64,000 bases of DNA, taken from positions 1 through 64,000 of the IMG/VR virus record IMGVR_UViG_3300025070_000024. One strand, 5' to 3'. Positions 60,994-64,000 of the stretch are shown piece by piece. The position numbers were made by a program, and so were the translations under genes. The notes beneath the pieces are model-generated. The model was not told the DNA's origin and searched no databases. It worked only from the letters and a program-made list of their open reading frames with translations. The stretch is from a virus. Numbering within the stretch: position 1 is the stretch's first letter; each line of letters begins with the position of its first letter.

Positions 60994-62889
60994 GTGAAAT
61001 ACGTTATCTACCCTCCATCAGTATCTGTCCCTGACTCTACACAGTATGAGCGTATGACATTTAACAATGCGTGTGCTGCATTGCATAGTGCTACATTCTT
61101 ATACATAGACTTAGAGACTACAGGTTTTGATTTTCTCAATGATGATATACTTACTGTACAGATGGCTACCGATCATCTTAATCAGTATGTATTCATCTTG
61201 GGAGATGACCTAGATATACCTGACTTGATACCTACCCTAGAATCAGCATCTATGCTTGTAGGTCACAACATAAAATTTGATCTCAAGTTTCTACGTCGAG
61301 AGCCATACAGCTATTCAGCTAAGAAGGTGTTCGACACTATGATTGTAGAACAGATACTGGTCAATGGCACTAATCAACGTGCGTCTCTACTAGCTGTGGT
61401 TCAACGCTACTGCCAAGTAGATTTAGATAAATCTGTCCGCGCATCATTTGGCAATACCAATGGGAATGTTATGCTCACTGAACGTCAGATTCTGTATGCT
61501 TTAGACGACGTAGTATACCTACCAAGTATACTCACGACGCAGATAGAATCTCTTCAAGAGCACAATCTTATGAAGATTGCTGAACTAGAATGCCATGCTG
61601 TCCTCGCCTTCACTGAGATAGAATACAACGGTCTCAGTATAGATGTAGACCGGTGGAAGAAACAGGTAGAAAGTCTTAAGGTTGAAGCTATACAGCTAGA
61701 GATCGATATGAATACTATGGTCGACACCGACCCAGTATTTGATTCGGCTCGACATACAACATATCAAACGGATATGTTCTTATCAGATTCTGACGTATCC
61801 GGTACACGTATTAACTGGGAGTCTCCTATGGAAGTGCTCAAAGTATTTCAGTGTATCGATAAGAAGTTAGAATCTTTTGGAGATAGCGAAATCATCAAGA
61901 TGATGAGCAAGACTAAGCTCGCACCTATGATGAAGGAGTACCGAGAAAAGTCCAAGAAAGTATCTTCCTTTGGAGATAAGTTCTTGTCTAATATGTGGAG
62001 TGATGGCAAGATTCATCCTCGATTTATTCAGATCAAAAGGACTGGTCGTGTATCCTGTAAAGAACCTAACATGCAGCAGATACCTGCAGATAACAGCTAT
62101 CGTAACTGTTTCATCACAACGCCAGGTAATGTCTTCGTGTCAGCTGACTACTCTTCCCAAGAGTTATGCATTATAGCGCACGGGTCTAAAGACCCTGTGT
62201 TTAATCATGCTTTGCAGCAGAAGCATGATTTGCATTCTGTATGTGCAGAGCTTGTATTCGGACAGGAATGGAAAGATGCTGCATTAGATGACTGCGCATA
62301 TTATGCCGGCAAGAAAAAATGCAGCTGCCCTGAACACAAGAAGCTACGGACTACTGTAAAGAGTATCAACTTTGGACTTGCTTATGGTATGGGGCCGAAG
62401 AAGTTATCTGAAACTATGAGCATACCTATGAAGGATGCTTCAAGTTTAATAGATAAATACTTCCAAGCTTTTCCAACTATTAAAGAGTTCCTAGATTCAC
62501 AATCACGTTACGGAGTACGTAACGGTTGCATCAAAACATTCGACCCTTGGGGACGTATACGTTGGTTTGACGATTGGTCACCAGGGTATATGGACATGGC
62601 AATCAAGGGAAGGATAGAAAGGATTTCAAAAAACACACCTATTCAAGGTACTGCAGCAGACATGACTAAGCATGCCTTAGTACTTTGCCACAGCTATATC
62701 AGAGATAACAACTTCCCTGCTACTCTCGTCATGACTGTACATGATCAAATAGATACAGTCTGCGCAGAAGAAAATGCAGATGAGTGGGCTGCTATTCTAA
62801 AAAAGCTAATGGAAGAAGCAGCACAACACATAATGGGAAATGACCTACTCAAAGCAGAGGTCGAGATAACAGAAAAATGGAGCAAGTAA
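60994..62889 (+). CDS. polA: Family A DNA polymerase with 3'-5' exonuclease
   Basis: ExoI DLETTG, ExoII GHNIKFD, ExoIII YALDD; TGRVSC.EPNMQQIP; motif A ADYSSQEL; motif B RTTVKSINFGLAYG; NTPIQGTAAD; motif C VHDQ. Confidence 0.95.
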   Translation: MKYVIYPPSVSVPDSTQYERMTFNNACAALHSATFLYIDLETTGFDFLNDDILTVQMATDHLNQYVFILGDDLDIPDLIPTLESASMLVGHNIKFDLKFLRREPYSYSAKKVFDTMIVEQILVNGTNQRASLLAVVQRYCQVDLDKSVRASFGNTNGNVMLTERQILYALDDVVYLPSILTTQIESLQEHNLMKIAELECHAVLAFTEIEYNGLSIDVDRWKKQVESLKVEAIQLEIDMNTMVDTDPVFDSARHTTYQTDMFLSDSDVSGTRINWESPMEVLKVFQCIDKKLESFGDSEIIKMMSKTKLAPMMKEYREKSKKVSSFGDKFLSNMWSDGKIHPRFIQIKRTGRVSCKEPNMQQIPADNSYRNCFITTPGNVFVSADYSSQELCIIAHGSKDPVFNHALQQKHDLHSVCAELVFGQEWKDAALDDCAYYAGKKKCSCPEHKKLRTTVKSINFGLAYGMGPKKLSETMSIPMKDASSLIDKYFQAFPTIKEFLDSQSRYGVRNGCIKTFDPWGRIRWFDDWSPGYMDMAIKGRIERISKNTPIQGTAADMTKHALVLCHSYIRDNNFPATLVMTVHDQIDTVCAEENADEWAAILKKLMEEAAQHIMGNDLLKAEVEITEKWSK

Positions 62890-63134
62890 AAACCCGCATA
62901 AGAGTACCTAATAAAGAGTACTACTTGATGAATCAGCAACAGCGTATTAATTACTGGGCTGATTATTTGAACCGATTAACTAGTTACATGGCTATTGAGG
63001 AGAGCCTATCTCCCCTACAAATTCAACGGATTTCTAACGAGATTCAACACATAACCCAATACCTTAAAGTTTTAAGTAATGCCCCAGCACGTACCCATAA
63101 AAGCGGGACCGACCTCTCGCCAAGCAATGTTTGA
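62877..63134 (+). CDS. Hypothetical protein
   Basis: ORF overlapping the polA stop. Confidence 0.45.
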   Translation: MEQVKTRIRVPNKEYYLMNQQQRINYWADYLNRLTSYMAIEESLSPLQIQRISNEIQHITQYLKVLSNAPARTHKSGTDLSPSNV

Positions 63135-63837
63135 TGTACCTGTACCTACAGCAACACGTACATATGGACCTATACCTAACGCAGACCTCTACAACTTTGT
63201 AGTTAGTCGTATCAAAGAACAGAACCTCTCTATTACCAATGAATCTTTTGGTACAGATGCGGGAGGACAAGTGATGCTATGCAAGTTGCACATCTCTAGC
63301 AATGACCTAGAGATGGACCAAATGCTAGCCTTTTGGAATAGCTACAATAAGACTCGTGCAGTAACATTTACTACTGGCAGTGTAGTGCGCGTATGTACAA
63401 ATGGCATGATGTGGTCTGATGGAGATATCCAAAGACACAGGCACTACCGGGATCGTTGGCAATCTATTCAAGACGACCTAGGTAAGGCTATCGATAAGAT
63501 TGAACCTAAGTTCAAGAAGTGCCAAGCGCTGCGTAAAGAATGGAAGCGTGTGCCTATTGACTATACTAACACCGGCAAGCTTGCAGGGCAGCTATATTTT
63601 GACAATATCATTACGCCTCGTATGCTTAGTGATATCAAGAAAGAGACAACAGAGAGTGAGAACTTCTCATATGTCAATGCCGATGGTGAGCTTCGTGGCA
63701 ACATGTGGCAGTTCTATAACAACTGCACTCAAGCATTGAAGCGTAGTCGTGCCTCTACTTACGGTGAGTACAATGATCGGTTGACTAAGCGGTTGGCTCA
63801 CGTCACTGGTCATGCCGACATTGTAATGGGAGACTAA
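63079..63837 (+). CDS. DUF932/DUF945-like phage protein
   Basis: TYGPIPN, FWNSYNKT, VRVCTNGM, HRH and WQFYNNCT motifs. Confidence 0.75.
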   Translation: MPQHVPIKAGPTSRQAMFDVPVPTATRTYGPIPNADLYNFVVSRIKEQNLSITNESFGTDAGGQVMLCKLHISSNDLEMDQMLAFWNSYNKTRAVTFTTGSVVRVCTNGMMWSDGDIQRHRHYRDRWQSIQDDLGKAIDKIEPKFKKCQALRKEWKRVPIDYTNTGKLAGQLYFDNIITPRMLSDIKKETTESENFSYVNADGELRGNMWQFYNNCTQALKRSRASTYGEYNDRLTKRLAHVTGHADIVMGD

Positions 63838-63838
63838 G

Positions 63839-64000
63839 ATGGACATCCGTGAACTCTCAACAGTTCAAGCGGCACTGAGTGAGGCCCAGCGTGTAAGTAA
63901 AGCACTGACTATTAGTAGCCAGGATAAGTCTTTCTTCCGCTGGGCTATACTCAAAGGCCCCCACCCAAAGACCTCAAGCAACGAAATATTCTACATACTT
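63839..64000 (+). CDS. Hypothetical protein, truncated at the window edge
   Basis: MDIRELSTVQAALSEAQRVS... is open to the end of the window. Confidence 0.5.
   Translation, partial: MDIRELSTVQAALSEAQRVSKALTISSQDKSFFRWAILKGPHPKTSSNEIFYIL

Noticed and set aside
1-64000. Stop-codon reassignment (TAG or TGA), as seen in some Crassvirales
   Set aside because: Long genes are intact under the standard code, and TAG, TGA and TAA all end genes at sensible boundaries.

Overview
This window is part of a crAss-like (Crassvirales-type) podovirus genome that uses the standard genetic code. The host is probably in Bacteroidota, judging from TAnnTTTG promoters, the lack of Shine-Dalgarno motifs and tight ATGA/TAATG gene overlaps. 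Bases 1-54184 are the minus-strand late module. In transcription order it holds an Acb2/Tad1-like gene, HTH and IHF-like genes, TerL, portal, scaffold-like protein, major capsid, ring, decoration and tail proteins, lysis genes, the muzzle/stabilisation protein, a cluster of tiny basic proteins, three large cargo proteins, and a giant virion RNA polymerase. The RNAP ORF (at least 3887 aa, DYDID motif) runs off the left edge and is missing from the ORF track. From about 54300 the plus-strand early/replication module encodes a 2H phosphoesterase, a P-loop kinase, RadC, family A DNA polymerase and a DUF932-like protein. The best leads are five. (i) A protein-kinase-like domain sits behind a pre-toxin-like motif in a putative ejected cargo protein that is punctuated by recurring xxGG motifs. 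(ii) A 43-aa peptide mimics the ribonucleotide reductase C-terminal CxxC tail. (iii) A ~340-nt structured non-coding region ends in a tRNA/tmRNA-TLD-like fold. (iv) There is a divergent Acb2/Tad1-like sponge. (v) There is a split CNPase-like pair. All family assignments come from recognising motifs by eye; no searches were run.
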